Of a DNA stretch of 64,000 nucleotides, positions 23,173-37,399 are shown piece after piece. The stretch lies in NCBI GenBank assembly GCA_030264375.1, contig JASCQW010000032.1, positions 40,831,265 to 40,895,264 of the forward strand, in the 5' to 3' direction. Below the pieces are notes generated by a model. The model saw only the letters and a list, made by a program, of their open reading frames with translations. It ran no database searches and was not told the DNA's origin. The stretch comes from Carcharhinus longimanus (taxonomy: Eukaryota). Numbering within the stretch: the stretch's first letter is position 1; each line of letters begins with the position of its first letter. The translations under genes were made by a program, and so were the position numbers.

Positions 23173-26100
23173 TGTAACATTCTAACAATGCCAGATTTGT
23201 GAGCTTCAAACTAAAAGCAAAAAATAATGTTATTTGCACATGTAGATGCAAACTAACAATAACAGATTTATTCTAGAAGCATTTGTGTACAAAATGAAAC
23301 TAAAAGCAGTAGCCTGTGAAACACCCCAATGACATCACCATCAAATCATGTGACCAGCTCTTAAAGCAATCATGTGAGCACTTAAATACATAATATTCCC
23401 CTTTACTTCTGTGGTCATGAAAACAAATTAGTACAATGTTATACATAGGATCAATAAATACTCTGGACACTGTACTATGCATCATTAATCATTATACACA
23501 CATTATAACCATAAGAAAGTTGATCAGGAGGATCAAATTTCCTGTTTGGTTGTATGCAATGTTATGGAATTTGGCTGTACTTGACCCTGGAAGTATGATT
23601 TGGGCCTTCAGCAGACACTTCTTCTCTTAGAATTAATTCTGCATCATTCTGATGTGGCATAGACACAATCATCAGGAAAATCAGATTCAACTAAGAGTGG
23701 TGTTTTTCCACCAGTTTTTCAATGATTTGTTCAGTTGTAATAGATCTCATGGTAACAACACCTAGCCATTTTAAGTGTATGTCAGTTATGACTAAGAACA
23801 TGTCACCCTCAAACAGGCCAGCAAAATCTACATGTAATTGTTACCATGGCATTATAGGCTATTCCAAAAGGAAACAACAATGCTGTATTTATTTATGCAC
23901 AGGATTGACACTGTCCCATTTTTTCTTCAATCTGAGCATCCAGGCCACCAAAGTAAGTATGTGTTAATTCCTTAATTCAGATTATACTAGGACATCCTTC
24001 ATTTAGCTCTCAAGAGCCCTTCCACACAGACTAGGAGGAATAATCACTCAGATTCCCCACAATAGACACCCACCATGGATGGTCAACTCAAGCTTTCATG
24101 ACAAATATGGTTTTAAATCAGGAAGACTACAGCTATCATTCCTTTCAATACCTCATTCATCACCTTCCCCATCACGGGATCATTTCTGTTTTGTCTCTGA
24201 ACTTGAGAAGTTGTCTCAGGCAAATTACTACCCGTGAAAAATAAAGAATATCAGCAGAACTAATTTTTGACATCTGCTCAAAGGGTAAAGGTAAGGTGAT
24301 AATGCAGTAACATTAGCATGATAGTGTGCAGTGGAATGTGCAGATAACACCAGTGACCATCTTTGTAATTGGCTAGTAGCTAAGAAACTCATGCCTTTAC
24401 ATGGCCCAAAAATGGTAGCTAAGGGTCCATGATCAGTCAATAAGGTGAAATGATGACTATATAAATAATGATGAAACCTTTGTATGTCAAAAATAAAACT
24501 CAATGCTTCTTATAGTCAGATTCAGCAGTAGTCAGAGTACATGAAGCAAATATTATTAGTCATTCTTTTCCCAAAGGCATAATATGTGAAATGACTGCCC
24601 CTACTCCATAACAAGCAAGCAGTAATGCTGGCTTTGGATTAAAATGAATCAACACTTGAAACCTCTGCAAAGTATCTTTGGGTAATGTGGGTAAAGTGGG
24701 TAATGTAGTCAATGTAGTACAAGAGTTTGGCATATACACAGTCAATGTTATAATGAGTACAGTTCCATCCACACAGTGATGCAAGAGAGCACATGACCCA
24801 TAACCAGAGACAGTCTAGTGTTAGACAGAGCCATGTGTATCAGCAAGCATGGAGTCAACTCATAGTTTCTACCCATTACTGTATATTTGTAAATTGCTTA
24901 AAGAGTCAAGAAACACAATTAACCTATATATGGCTACAAAGACGTCTTTAGGCCTATCAAACTGTAACCATCACTCTACATGGTGGCTGCTTTTGGAAAA
25001 ACACAAAAGAGAATGCAGAAGAAGTCTAAAATGCTGGAACATGCTTGTTGCTGTTTTGACCTCTAAAGGAGAGTTCCTAACTTATAGATCTTCATTCCTG
25101 AATCAAATTATGAAGCCTCCTTTGCAGCCAGTTCCATTGACACTGCGATTCCTACTGCTGTCCTTAAAATCAAAGCATGTTCTGACGGCAATCTTCTTTG
25201 GATAGCCTTATTTTGGAGACCACAAACAAGATGATCTTGAACAGAAACATCTAATGACTCACCAAACTCACAATGTTGTGCCAACCTTTTTAAGGTTGCG
25301 GCAAACTGAACAATGTTTCCGCCTTCCACTTGATTCCTTTGATGGAACCTAAACCATTCCAAGATGATCAATGGTTTAGGAGAGTAATGCTCTTCAAGGA
25401 TCTTTGTCAAGTCATAAGTTTTGGTTTCAGGTTTCGCTGGATGAACCAAGCTCTGGAGCAAATTGAAGGTTTTACTTCTGAATGTGCTAAGAAAAACTGG
25501 TATGAACAGCTCATCTGCAATTTTATTTGATTGCACAAAATACTGAAACTGCTTGGTATAGGCACTTTATGATTTATTTTCTTCACTGAAAGGGCTCATA
25601 GACGCTAATTGACCCACCATTTCTCTTGCAAGCACTAGTGACTCAAGACTGCTCCATATATATATTTTTTACTGTCTTCCCTTTCTACCCTGGGGATCCC
25701 ATTGACATTATGTATTTTCTTTCTCAAATGGTCCTAGCTGTACAGCAAAGTATCCCTTTTTTCAAACATGCGAGATACTGTTTGGAATCTCACCCTTCTC
25801 TGATTGAAAAAGCCCTTCTTTTAAAATCACACAGAGATCTTCCATCCTTAGTTTTCTTATATGGTCTTTCTCCAATGGCAATTCAATCTTTAATCCTGTT
25901 ATGGATTTTCCTCAGCTTCTGACTTTTGACGTGAGAGGACCCCGGAAGTTGTTATTTTCTTCTTAGGATCTTTTCTCAATGTTTGCGATGAAACAAGATC
26001 CCAATTCGTATCAACTTATTTTTGTAACGTCCTGCCAATGTTAGCAGTTGTAGGTTTTAAACAAAAAGATAAGATGTGGTTTGTACATGTATATTCAAAC

Positions 26101-26230
26101 TAACAACAACAGATTTATTCATGGGGCTCTTGCCTCTTCAGAGTATGAAATGAAATACTCCCAATGACATCACCCTCAAATCATGTGACCAGCTCTTAAA
26201 GTAATCACACAATCACTTAAATATATAATG
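23173..26230 (-). mobile_element. Ty3/Gypsy element (family B) with paired LTRs and a 5-bp TSD; protease/RT deleted
   Basis: Direct repeats 23173-23395 and 26023-26230 (shared CCCAATGACATCACC.TCAAATCATGTGACCAGCTCTTAAAG); TSD GGCAA at 23168-23172 and 26231-26235; gag ORF 25108-25536 (FRFHQRNQ.EG..I.QF.ATLKRLAQHCEFG); RNase H motif FTLLTDHGPL. Confidence 0.85.
24679..25040 (+). mobile_element. Family-A LTR plus PBS and short internal stub, nested in Gypsy B
   Basis: 24713-24980 aligns to the reverse complement of 22781-23047; followed by PBS-like TGGTGGCTGC and the same internal AATGCAGAAGAA...AAAATGCTG sequence. Confidence 0.8.
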
Positions 26231-28859
26231 GGCAATTTATCTCTGGATATTTGCCTGATCCAGCATGAAAAGGGAATTCACAGTATAGAAACTTCCTGCT
26301 CCGTCTCCCAGCGACATTTGCCTCTATCCCTTCCCACCAGTGATCCAATATTTATTGAAATGGAACCTATTTTATGCAGGTCCCATTCTATTTCCAAGGC
26401 ATTCACCCAGATTCCCACTGTCGTTACAGAAAGAACCCACCTCAATGGTTAGAGGAATCCAGCCCCATTGTTATCCCTTGCATAAAATATAATTAGAACA
26501 TAACCAACGTGTGGCTTCATCTGCTGATAATGACTTGATAGATTGGAAGTTGGTTTATGCTTAGCCCCACATGTGGAAACATGATTTGCAAATCACTTTT
26601 AACTAGGTATAATTCTGTGATCCAAGGCTGGCAGCAGGATGGGGGAGTTGAGGGCAGTTTGCTTCCTGGAGGTGTGGGTTAGAGGAAGGGTTATAACACT
26701 ATAGCCTCAATTCTCAGACTCATACTTCTTGAAAATATGATTTATTGCTGGCAGTATGGGAGCAAAGAGTCTCTCTATATTTACATACATGAAGCTGCTC
26801 CTCCTGGAACCTATTCATAACTAGCTCAGTCACGGATTCTTGTTGAACAAAGATCATGTAAGATCATTCTACTTCATGTGAGAATCAACAAGATATATTA
26901 ATATCTCTATAACCTTCAATAGATGTTCATTCAGTTACTTTTCAATTAGCCTACACTGAACCACTTTTTGTATGTTCAGTGGTGTGTGAAAAACAAATTC
27001 TTCTAATCTCAAATTTTATTCAAGATTTGTGAACTATGTAATTGTACTTTCCAGCACGCGGCTCAGTGTTGAAGCCAAATATTGAATCATTGTTATAAAG
27101 ACACGATATGTGTGCTTTCAATCTGCATATGTGAATTTGTTGCCATGTTACTGTATGGAGATGGATTGACTGGATATCAATATTTAGGAAACCCACATGG
27201 TTATCCATTATTGAATTCTATTTAATTAGTTCTGAATAATGTATAAACAGTCACTTAACTCCTATTAAATATTACTCGGATTTTTACATTAATGGAGGAA
27301 CAAAACTGATTGTGGTAGGAATTAATTTAAGCTTCCCATGGGCACAAAGTGGGCTTCAATTTCAGCACTCATGCCCAATCACGTGGATGCAATTAAGGTC
27401 CCAAACTGGTGCAAAGGTCCCATTGAAACAGAATAATTAGGTTGCTGGCACTACTCTCACTGCTCATTGGCAGTTTGCCTGATTGGGGGTGTGGTAGAAT
27501 TGGGATTCTCTTACCTGGAGGTCAGGTGGGGGGGTGGTTTTGGGGGGGTGTGGGTGGTGGGCGAGGTAAATTTCAGCTGTAACTGTGATTGAAAATTTCC
27601 CACAAAAGCAGAGAGAACAGAAGTTGCAAACAGCTGTGTTTCTCAACCTGTTTGAATTACCACCAGCTCCACTAGAACTTGCAAATCCATTGGCAGAATA
27701 GTTGCACCAAACTTCCTTGAGAAAATGCAACATCCCCATAGACAATTGGGAATCCCTGGCCCAATACCTCCCAAAATAGAGGGAAAGTATCAGGGGGGGA
27801 GCTGAACGCCACAAGTTTCATCGGCTAGGCGGAAGCTAAGCAGCAAAAGCAGCATGTGGCAACCCAGGCAACCCATCCCATTCTTCCAACCACTGTCACC
27901 CCCATTGTCTGTGACAGAGATAAAGGTCCAGCATTGGATACCTCAGTTACCTGAAAACTCATTTTTCGTGTGGAGAAAGTCACCCTCGACTCCGAGAGAC
28001 TGCCTAAGAAGAAGACAATAATAGGGAAACCACCAAACAAGATATGCACCTAAAAGGCTCGTACAAGCAAGATTTGTAGTTAACCATGATCAGTGTAGCC
28101 CTACATCAAATCAAGAATGGAGTAGCAAAAAGAACTTTTATTTGTTTGTTTTGTTACTCTTATGAAACTTGATGATGTCATTTGGGTACCTATGAAGTCC
28201 TCAGTATCCTCAGTATTTGGGGACAGTGAGATAATGCGTGTAGGAACTGGTTCAGATGAAAGGAAAGACTATTGATGCGTTGAGGAGGGGAGGGACTGTT
28301 GAGTGGGCACCTGAAGGGGGTGAATTTACNNNNNNNNNNGAGCTCACAGCACATGTTTCAAGACATCAGCTGTTTGCAAAATAAAACTTCTGGCTGTTGT
28401 GTGGCTTTGATTACATTGGCACTCCAATGTGCCCAAAATCCTTACAGGAATCCTGAGCCAACTGGTGAAAGGATTTGCATTGTATTCTAGAAGTCTGCCA
28501 CCCAAAGCTCTGGGTGGAACAAGGGGTTTATTGAGGATTGGTACGGAAGGCAATCACTATTACTACTGGCAGGAAACTGGGCAAAGACTTGCATTGTTGT
28601 GGTCTCAGATAAGTTGCATGTCGAGTGAACGGAAGTTCTTGTTGAGGAAGAGTGCTGGTCCTCAAGTGGGAATGTGCAGGGCTATGTGCTGATCTACACC
28701 AGGGAACCCAGGAGCAACTTCACGTGCTATTTAAAGAGATCTTGAACTCCATAATAGAATCACCTATTAGTGCAGTAAAAGGCTTTTCAGCCCATTATGC
28801 TTATGCTAGCATTCTGAAGGGGCAATCCACCATTTGCACCTCTCCCAGTCTTGCAAGCT

Positions 28860-29085
28860 CTTCCTTTTAAGATGCAATGTCCTCTTGAGTGCTTCAGTGG
28901 AACCAGCTTCCACCACACTCCCAGGCAGTGCATTCCAGCTTCTAACCATTCGCTGTGAAAAGAAGTTTTTCCTGATGCTGCCATTGCTTCTTTTGCCAAT
29001 TACCTACAATTTGTGTCCATTGTTTCTCCATCCTTGCAACAACGGAACAGTTTCTCCCTGCCTACTCTGTCCAGACCCCTTGTGA
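28860..29085 (-). mobile_element. CR1 LINE 3' fragment
   Basis: TTCCACCACACTCCCAGGCAGTGCATTCCAG...CGCTGTGAAAAGAAGTTTTTCCT is the reverse complement of the CR1 ORF2 C-terminal region (FFS.RVV..WNALP). Confidence 0.7.
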
Positions 29086-29289
29086 TGTTGATGCTTGTTT
29101 GTGGATATTTTTTGGAGAGAGATCCTAAGCTTGTGTAGGATTTGCTCTTTTAGGAGCAAACAAGCACTAGCTAAAACAATCTGAAAATTGTTCCTAAAGC
29201 ACCCTATTTACCTATAAATAAACTAAGCAAGTGATCACAATACACAAGAAGGAAATGCTGGTAATGCTGTTCCTCAGAGAGAGCTAGAA

Positions 29290-29730
29290 ATATGATGGGT
29301 TTTATGGTGTTGAAAGGAGGGATGGGTTGGAGATCAGGGCAGAATGAAAGACAAAGATGTCATGGCCACATGACAAAGGGAGGGGTAATGATAGTGTTAA
29401 AGACTAAAACATGTGTTAATAGCAGCATTAAGGAAGAAAGATAGCAGAATATATTAATAGCAGAAAAAAAGGATCAGTGATCCCTGAAGGCATAAGAACA
29501 ATATATAGACTGGCAGAGGAGGGGTCCATAACATCTTTGTCATTTAACCATTAACCACTCCCTGATCAACAGCATGAAACCCATCACATTTCTACACCTC
29601 AAACTCTGAAAAAGAATCATTTTGGATTTGAGACGTTAACTGTTTCTCTTACCACAGATGCTGCCAAACCCTTTTCCAGCATTTTCTGATTTTATTTCAG
29701 GTTTCCAGCATCTGCAGCATTTTGACTTTT
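29290..29730. mobile_element. Old Penelope-like remnant with short inverted ends
   Basis: TAGAAATATGATGGGTTT versus AAACCCATCACATTTCTA; pLTR-type end GACGTTAACTGTTTCTC..CACAGATGCTGCC...TTCCAGCATCTGCAG. Confidence 0.55.
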
Positions 29731-30189
29731 CTTAAGAGATTTAGTGTGATAGAGTTCAGACTACTGGCTGGCTGAAATAACTATGGTAATAGTGGGATTT
29801 TCCACTTTGTTTCACAGTAAGGAAAAGCATTACATACTTTAAGAAGTTAGATTTAATCATCCATCGTGATTTTAGCTCATTTAGAGTCTGAAATAGTTAA
29901 ATGTTTATTTCAAGAGAAGTCAAAATGGGACAGTGGACCCAAGATTTAGATGCAATGGGTGCTGTTTTGGTACCAAATTGGTATCTACATCATACACTCA
30001 CTTCCAGCACAATCTATGCCAAATAGCATCTTAGCATCTGAATGAGTGCACTGGTGTGAGTTTGGCCAGTAGCAGCATGTGCCAGGCGTATGCAGGATAG
30101 GCTGGCTAGGCACAGAAACACTGAATAGATTCCATTGTGGCCATTTTTAACCTATAACGATGGGACTGTTTTTGTTGTTTACCCCGTGG

Positions 30190-33100
30190 TCTCATTTCTG
30201 TCATTCGCATGGTCTGGTTGGGGGCGGAGGAGGGAGCATATACCAAGTGGCTGAATGTCTCTTCCTTGTAGAACGTTGAAGGGTCACTGTAGGGGGTATG
30301 TCCTTGGTGGTGATCTCAGACTGTGACTCCATCACCTCCATCTCAATTTCTGAGGCTGAATCCTCATAGAGCTTCTCTTGGGCTTCCTGTGGATGGAATT
30401 TCTCATCTGCAGTCCATTGTATAAGGTCATGCATATGTGCCTCAATCCATTTTTGTCCATGGAGGTTTGAAACTACCCGCTGGTAAATGGGTCCTGTTGT
30501 CTATTACAAGCACTTCAGATATACCATATGTGCAGAAAGATTGTCGGTTTTTTTTATGTTGTAGTAAGACGTAGTAGACGACATTCAGTGCACATTGATC
30601 CATTTGAATGGGCATCAATCAGAATTAAGAACGGAGAGCCCATAAGTGGCTCTGCAAATTCTGCATGTATTCACATCCAGGGTCTCCCCAACCATTCCCA
30701 GGGGTGCAATGAGGCTGCTAATGGGAGCTTCTGGTTTTCCTGGCAGGTTTTTCACCATTTGACCAGGTTTTCATTGCCCTTGTCTGTACCAGGTTACCAG
30801 ACATAACTTCTTGCAAGCATTTTCATTTTGGAAATCCCCGGGTAGCCATTATGCAGTTTCTGAAATATTGGTCGCTGGCCTGGATGCGGGACAGCCACCG
30901 GACTCCCCCAAGGTGACACCATCCTCGATGTTCAGCTCTGGATATTTGGAAGTATAAGGTTTTAGTTCCTCTGTAGGATGCATTTGTGGTCCACCACTTT
31001 GGCCAATATAATGTAGCTTTGTCAACATGGGGTCCTTTTGAGTGCAAGCCTGAATTTGCTTGGCGGATACTGGCACAGTGTCTATGAAGTCCAAAATCAT
31101 GAAGGCTTCATCCATCTTCGTAGGTGAGGATAGGCTGGTAGGTAGCAGCAGGCGGCTCAAGGCATCACATTGACTATCTGTCTCCCTGGACAATTTTCTA
31201 GGGTATAATAAACATAGACAACTAACAGCAGTGCCCAGTGTTGGATCCAAGCTGATGCGATGGGGGGAAATTGCCTTGCTTTCTGCTAAGAGGTCCAACA
31301 GAGGTTTGTCCTAACTTGTCAATGATGTGACGTGAGATCAGCCAAGGTCTGTTGGGATGGTGTTGGTCTCAGAATGTGTTTGTAACTGTATGCCGGATTA
31401 TCTGACTGTTCCTGCCAGCCGGATCTCCCATCCAACAAATGACACCTGCCCCCTTGCCACACCCCTGCCATCATTGATACCCCAGCATCAGAGGGTATGA
31501 ACAATAGGAAACCTCTGGCAGGACCAGAGGATCCACCTATGGTGAAATACCGGCCATACATATTGGTGGAATTTTTTTGCCGCAAGCACCACCTTTCTCA
31601 CTCTGTTCTACATCCACCAGGATTTGTGAAGCACACGCAATTGAATGTTCTGGCCCATCATCCCAATGGCAGGACAATACCACTCCAATCCCATAGTGGG
31701 AGGGGTCACAGGTTACGATGAGTGGTCTCAGTGGATTGTAATGGGCCAATATGTTTGTCAACACCTATTGATTTTTGCCACTTGTAAAGGTTTTCTCCTG
31801 TGGCTTTTGCCATGACCATTTTCTTTTTGGCAGAACATGGTGAGGTAGCACCTGGGTCACCAGGTTCAGTATGAATTTCCCCTAGTAGTTGATGAGATCC
31901 AGGAAAGACTTTAACTCTGTTGTGTTCCTTGGAGTCAGAGCACCTTTTATGGCCTTCAACTTCTCCTCAACAGAGTGTAGTCCATCTTTGTCAATTCTGT
32001 ACTCAAAATATATTATTTCATTTAACTGGAACTCACATCTTTCCCTTTTTAGCCTAACACCAGCCTCAGAGAAATGCCATGAAACCTCCTCCAAACTCTC
32101 CAAATGTTCCTTTGCAGTAGTTCCTGAGATTAAAATGACATCCAGGTAAATTGCAACTCTGGGCCGCCTTTGAATGATGTTCTCCATCACCCTTTGGAAA
32201 ATGGTGCAAGCCAAAGACAGCCCATAAGGCAGTGGGAGTGTTCTCTTACATTCCTTTGTGAGATTTGTAATGACAGATTTCCTGGATGACTCCTCAAGCT
32301 CCAGTTGGAGGTAGGTATGCCTCATATCCAGTTTGGAAAATATATGAGCCTCCCAGCTAGTTTTGCATACAAGTCTTATGTGCATGGCATACGGTATCTG
32401 TCTAAGCAGAAAGCTCTGTTGATCATCAACTTCTCATCCCCACAGAGATAGACTGAACTATCGGGTTTTAAAACCAGGACTACAGGTGTGGCCTATTAGG
32501 CAAATTGTACTGGGCACAAAATGCCAAGTTCCCCAAGATGTACCAGTTTGGTCTCTACTTTGTCATACAGGGCATAGGGTACTGATTGTGCCTTGAAGTA
32601 ATTAGGTTGGTCTTCTCTTTCTACATAAATCTTCACCTGGCACCTTTAATCTTCCCGAGGCCTTCTTGGAACACCTCGGAGTACTTTCCCATGACTTTGT
32701 ATACTTTGCCAATACCCATTTTAAAGATCTGTTGCCAACCCAGACGGATTTTCTGTAGCTAGTCCCTTCCCATGGGCTGGGCCCTGTTCTGTGCATTACT
32801 TTTAGAGGGAGTCGGATTGTCTGTTACTCATGTGTAACTGGGGTTAGTAGTCCAATAATGCTTAAGGGGTCTTGAATACACGTAACCAATCTAGCCTTGG
32901 TGTCCCACAGGCTTAAAGGCAAAATGCCCAGTAGCAGTCCCCTAAAGATGTGCTTCTCAATGATAGAAACTATAGAACCTATGTTGACTTTCCTGTGTAG
33001 GGGTGGCCATTTACCTGGAGTTGAATCTGGGTTGGGGCCTCTTTGGGTGCAGTGATGCAATTTAGCTGCATCAATTCCTCATCCTCAGGCTGATTTAGCT

Positions 33101-34179
33101 GCAAAGCCCTGTGCTGAAGTAGCTTCGCCCTTTGGCCTGGGCGATACATGTTTTCCTGTTTCAGTAGCCTTGTCTGGAGCAGACCCTATGACTGCAACTA
33201 TAGCATGGATGTGCTCACTCCATACAAAAAAAACCTTTCGTCCAGTTTCGGAATCTCGCAGCTTCCTTTTCCAGTCAGCCTTTCCTGGCAACGAGAGTTG
33301 GGAGATGTGAGTGTTATCTGTTGGGGACTTGGTTCTGTGGTCTGGGGGTTGTCCAAGGCTGTGGATGTACTGTCTATAGATCCCTGAAGTTCCTGGGTCC
33401 CTTTGTCTATGTTTTCATGACTAAGATCCAGTTCTACAACTTTCTCAGGTCCAGATTCAGCTCAGTCAGTAGTTTCCTTTGGATCGCTATATCATTTTAT
33501 TCCACAGACCAAGTGGTCCCGTACTCAGTGTTCTGCCAGTTCTCGCAGTCTTATCAAGAATTCTGTAACTGGCTCCCCAGAAAGTATTTGCTGTGTTAAA
33601 CTTGTAGCACTGCAATATCACTGATGGTTTGGGGTTGCAGTGGCCTGTTACCAAATCTACCAGTTAATTAAAGGATTTTGAACCTGGGGTTGCTGAGTAG
33701 GGTAAACTATTTGTGATGCTGAAATTCGGGGCTCCACAAGCAGTCAGGAGGATGACGTTTTGCAGGTCGTCCCCTTCTATCCCATTTGCCTGGAACAAAT
33801 ATCACATTCTTTTGACATACTGGGGCCAATCCACATCATAGGTTTCCCAAACAGTTGCATTTTCAAATTTCCCCCATTACCATCTTACCAGGTTCATTGA
33901 AAAGCAAGGTTGTCCGACACTTTTCCTATTCCTCGTCACCAATGTAATAACTCAGGAAGCCTGAACGGAAAGGAACAGTATTTATTGTTAAACACAAAAT
34001 AAACCCACTACTCAATGGCATACATAAGTCCCAATTGGATAATAGTTCTGCAGACTCTTCCCAGTGTCTGCCTTATAAAGAGCTCAAGTGGTGAGTTCCA
34101 ATTGGGCAGGCTGCTGCCTGTTACCAAGGGAACTCATATTCAATGATCAACTTGAGATGGAACTCATGGGATTATCACA
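30190..34179 (-). mobile_element. Degenerate Ty3/Gypsy element (family C): 5' LTR, PBS, gag and pol
   Basis: LTR 33943-34179 (TGTGAT...TTACA), PBS TGGTGACGAGG; RT ORF 31882-32385 (FSKLDMR..YLQL, LPYGL..A..IFQRVM, IYLDVILISG); RNase H LIVTCDPS.YGIGVVL; no 3' LTR seen. Confidence 0.85.
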
Positions 34180-34842
34180 CTGGCAGTGTCTGTAATAGCA
34201 GTATGGCTATACTGAGCATGAAGGGTGGCATATGAGGCAGGATATGGGGGGGCGTGACGTGGACAGAGCGCAAAGGGGGGGCAAGAAGAGATCACATGAA
34301 GGGAAGCATGAATGGAGAGCAAGAAGAAGATCAGGCCAATGACCTATGATGGGGAGGTGGGGGAGTGGTGGTTAACATGCCTTCAATGGGGTGGGCTGAG
34401 TCCCGATGTCCGAGGAGGAGAGGCTGGTCTTCAAGTTCACTTTGAGATTGGGGTACAATTTAAAAACAGTGGCCCATTGCTGTGAAGCCTGGCTTGCCAG
34501 CATGAATCGCACTGGTTTTCTCACCCGAAATGACCGTGGGAATATTCGGCATATTCTTATCATGTCAATACTGTTTGCTGTGTGATTGTGGCTTCCCATT
34601 GTGCACCTTTATACAGTAAATTTCAAAGAGGCTCCATGGTCTCTGGCGTACTGAGGAATTAATTTGTACTAAAAGTTGGCAGTGCTGAGGAATGATGCAA
34701 ACTTTCTCATGTCAGCTGGGGGTGGGAGCATTTGAAAGGTTTTGATATTGTGTGTAGGCCTTACTTCTGTTGTCACTCTGTATTAGAAAGTCAATCTTGG
34801 GTGCTGTGAATGCAAATTTGTTTTTGTTGAACATAAAATTGT

Positions 34843-35824
34843 GGGAGATAATTCTCCCAGGCCATTGCACTGCTGTAGCAAACTTAAGCAGAGGTCAATT
34901 AGCAGGCTTCCCATTGGGTGCCATAGCCTCCACACCTCTCCGTCCACCGGATTTAAAGGTTTTTAAATGATTTAAATGTTCATGATTTAAATGTAATTAG
35001 CAGGCTTGGGACTGAAATCTCCAGGTTGCTAGCATCTCCACCAGGGCCAGGAGTGTTTCACTCCTGTGAGGTTTACAACACTTCCTCACTAGTAGGGAGC
35101 TGGCAGCCTGATGCCACTGAAGTGAAGGAGGCCATGAAGGCCCCCCTGGAGGCTGGGGAAAAGAGGGGATGCCCCCTGTGCATTGTCAGCTTGGCAGTAC
35201 CTGCCTGGCCCCTGGCACTACAAATTGGCAAGGTACCCTGGGGGTACCTTGGGCAGTGCCAAGGGGGCAGGGCTTATAGGGGCAGGGCGTCTGGAGGGGA
35301 GATCTGCCACTCTACAGTTGGGATCATAGGCAGAGGGAGGGAGGCCAGTGATCAGGGCTGGCCATCAGGGCTGGGTGTGGGGGGTGTCAGGACTGCAGGG
35401 AGGGGGTTGAGACTGCAGGGAGGTGGTGAGGGCTGCCTGTGGGGTATAGGGGATCAAGGCAGACCGGGGAAGAGGGGCTGGGGCTGGCCCAAACACCTGC
35501 AGGAGGCCAACAACTGGGGGTTGTGGGGGACGCACAGCCAGTGATGCGGTGTCATGGGGCTGGCCAGCAATCAGGACAGATAGGCGCACACTCAGTGGCC
35601 CGCTCAGTGCAATGCTACTGGCTTCTTCAGTGACAATAGGCCCCGTCCACTCATTCTCAGTGTGATTCAAGCTATGGCACTCTGCGATGTAGAGTGTGGG
35701 AGGTTCATTTTGAAAATCCCGCTGAAATAAAAGCAGGATTTACTCCAGTTTTTACACAAATTCGGCACTTAGAATTTTTTTTTCATGTTGTGTGGATCAA
35801 ATCAACACCTGTGAAAATCACCCA
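34843..35824. mobile_element. Non-autonomous PIF/Harbinger-like element
   Basis: GGGAGATAATTCTCCC...AAAATCCCGC / AAAATCACCC termini and G-rich GGGCAGTGCCA repeats; reverse-related to 52330-52700. Confidence 0.5.
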
Positions 35825-36125
35825 CTATGTTCTGTTTTGTCCCTTCCATCGACAAGAACATCGCTGCATAGAGCATTCCCTTAACATCTGACAAGACCGA
35901 AGAAATGATCTTCTAGAATGCACTCGGCTGTTCCGTGGCACTTCATGAGTAACAAAAGCTGTAAGATATCTGCTTCACTCTGCTTGTGATATCTGAAGAT
36001 AACTCTGTCACATCTCAAGCTTTGTGAAGATTACGTTGTCATGAAATGATGCTGACTGTTCTTTAATTGTAGGAAGGAGCAACTTGCCTGTAATAATTGC
36101 CTTGTTTTATTAATTTTCTTTATTT

Positions 36126-36960
36126 TTGATTTGATTTATTAATGTCACATGTATTAGTATGCAGTGAAAAGTATTGTTTTTTTGCATGCTATACAGACAA
36201 AGCATACCGTTCATGGAGAAGGAAAGGAGAGAGTGCAAAATGTAGTGTTACAGTCATAGCTAGGGTGTAGAGAAAGATCAACTTTGTATGAGTTAGGTCC
36301 ATCCCCTGAAGGCAGCAGGAAGAAGCTGTTTTTGAGTCAGTTGGTACGTGACCTCAGACTTTTGCATCTTTTTCCCGACAAAGGTGGAAGAGAGAATGTC
36401 TGGGGTTCGTGGGGTCCTTAATTATGCTGGCTGCTTTTCCAAGGCAGTGGGCAGTGTAGACAGAGTCAATGGATGGAAGGCTGGTTTGCATGATGGATTG
36501 GCTATATTCACGATCTTTTGTAGTTCCTTNNNNNNNNNNNNNNNNNNNNNNNNNNNNNNNNNNNNNNNNNNNNNNNNNNNNNNNNNNNNNNNNNNNNNNN
36601 NNNNNNNNNNNNNNNNNNNNNNNNNNNNNTCTTGGGCAGAGCAGGAGCCATACCAAGCTCTGATACAACCAGAAAGAATGCTTTCTATGGTGCATCTGTA
36701 AAAGTTGGTGAGAATCATAGCTGACATGTCAAATTTCCTTAGCCTTCTGAGAAAGTAGAGGCATTGGTGGACTTTCATAACTATAGTGTTGGCATGGGGA
36801 GACCAGGACAGATTGTTGGTGATCTGGACACTTAAAAACGTTGAAGCTCTCGACCATTTCAACTTCATCCCTGTTGATGTAAACAGGGGCATGTTCTCCT
36901 TTACGCTTTCTGAAGTCGAAGACAATCTCCTTCGTTTTGTTGACATTGAGGGAGAGACTA
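36126..36960 (-). mobile_element. Rex1/Babar LINE 3' portion
   Basis: SLNVNKTKEIVFDFRK and LYFLRRLRKF...LTNFYRCTIESILSGCI.AWYG motifs; AATAAATCAAATCAAA tail. Confidence 0.85.
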
Positions 36961-37109
36961 TTGCCTATTGACCAATTCAAGGTCAATGCTCGTCTAAATT
37001 TGTTACTTTTGTATCACACAATAGCTGTGTTCAATATCTATGACGATAAGTTGATTTGTTCAATGATATCATCTGCTTCAGGTTATTTTCAGTTCCTATG
37101 ACACTTTGA

Positions 37110-37365
37110 AAAGTAAAAGTTTAGTTAGTAGTCACATAACATGGCTTACATAACACCGCAATGAATTTACTGTGAAATTCCCCTATTCGCCACAGTCCGG
37201 GACTGTTTGGGTCAATGCACCTAATCCGCGCAGCTTTGGACTGTGGGAGGAAACTGGAGCACCCGGAGAAACCCACACAGAGAATGTGCAAACTCCACAC
37301 AGACAGTGGCCCAAGCCGGGAATTGAACCCAGGTCCCTGGCAGCAGTGCTAACCACTGTGCCACA
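37110..37365 (-). mobile_element. V-domain SINE with an alternative tail
   Basis: Same structure as 16313-16595. Confidence 0.7.
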
Positions 37366-37399
37366 TAGATTGCAAATGACAACAACGTCAAATTTTGCA

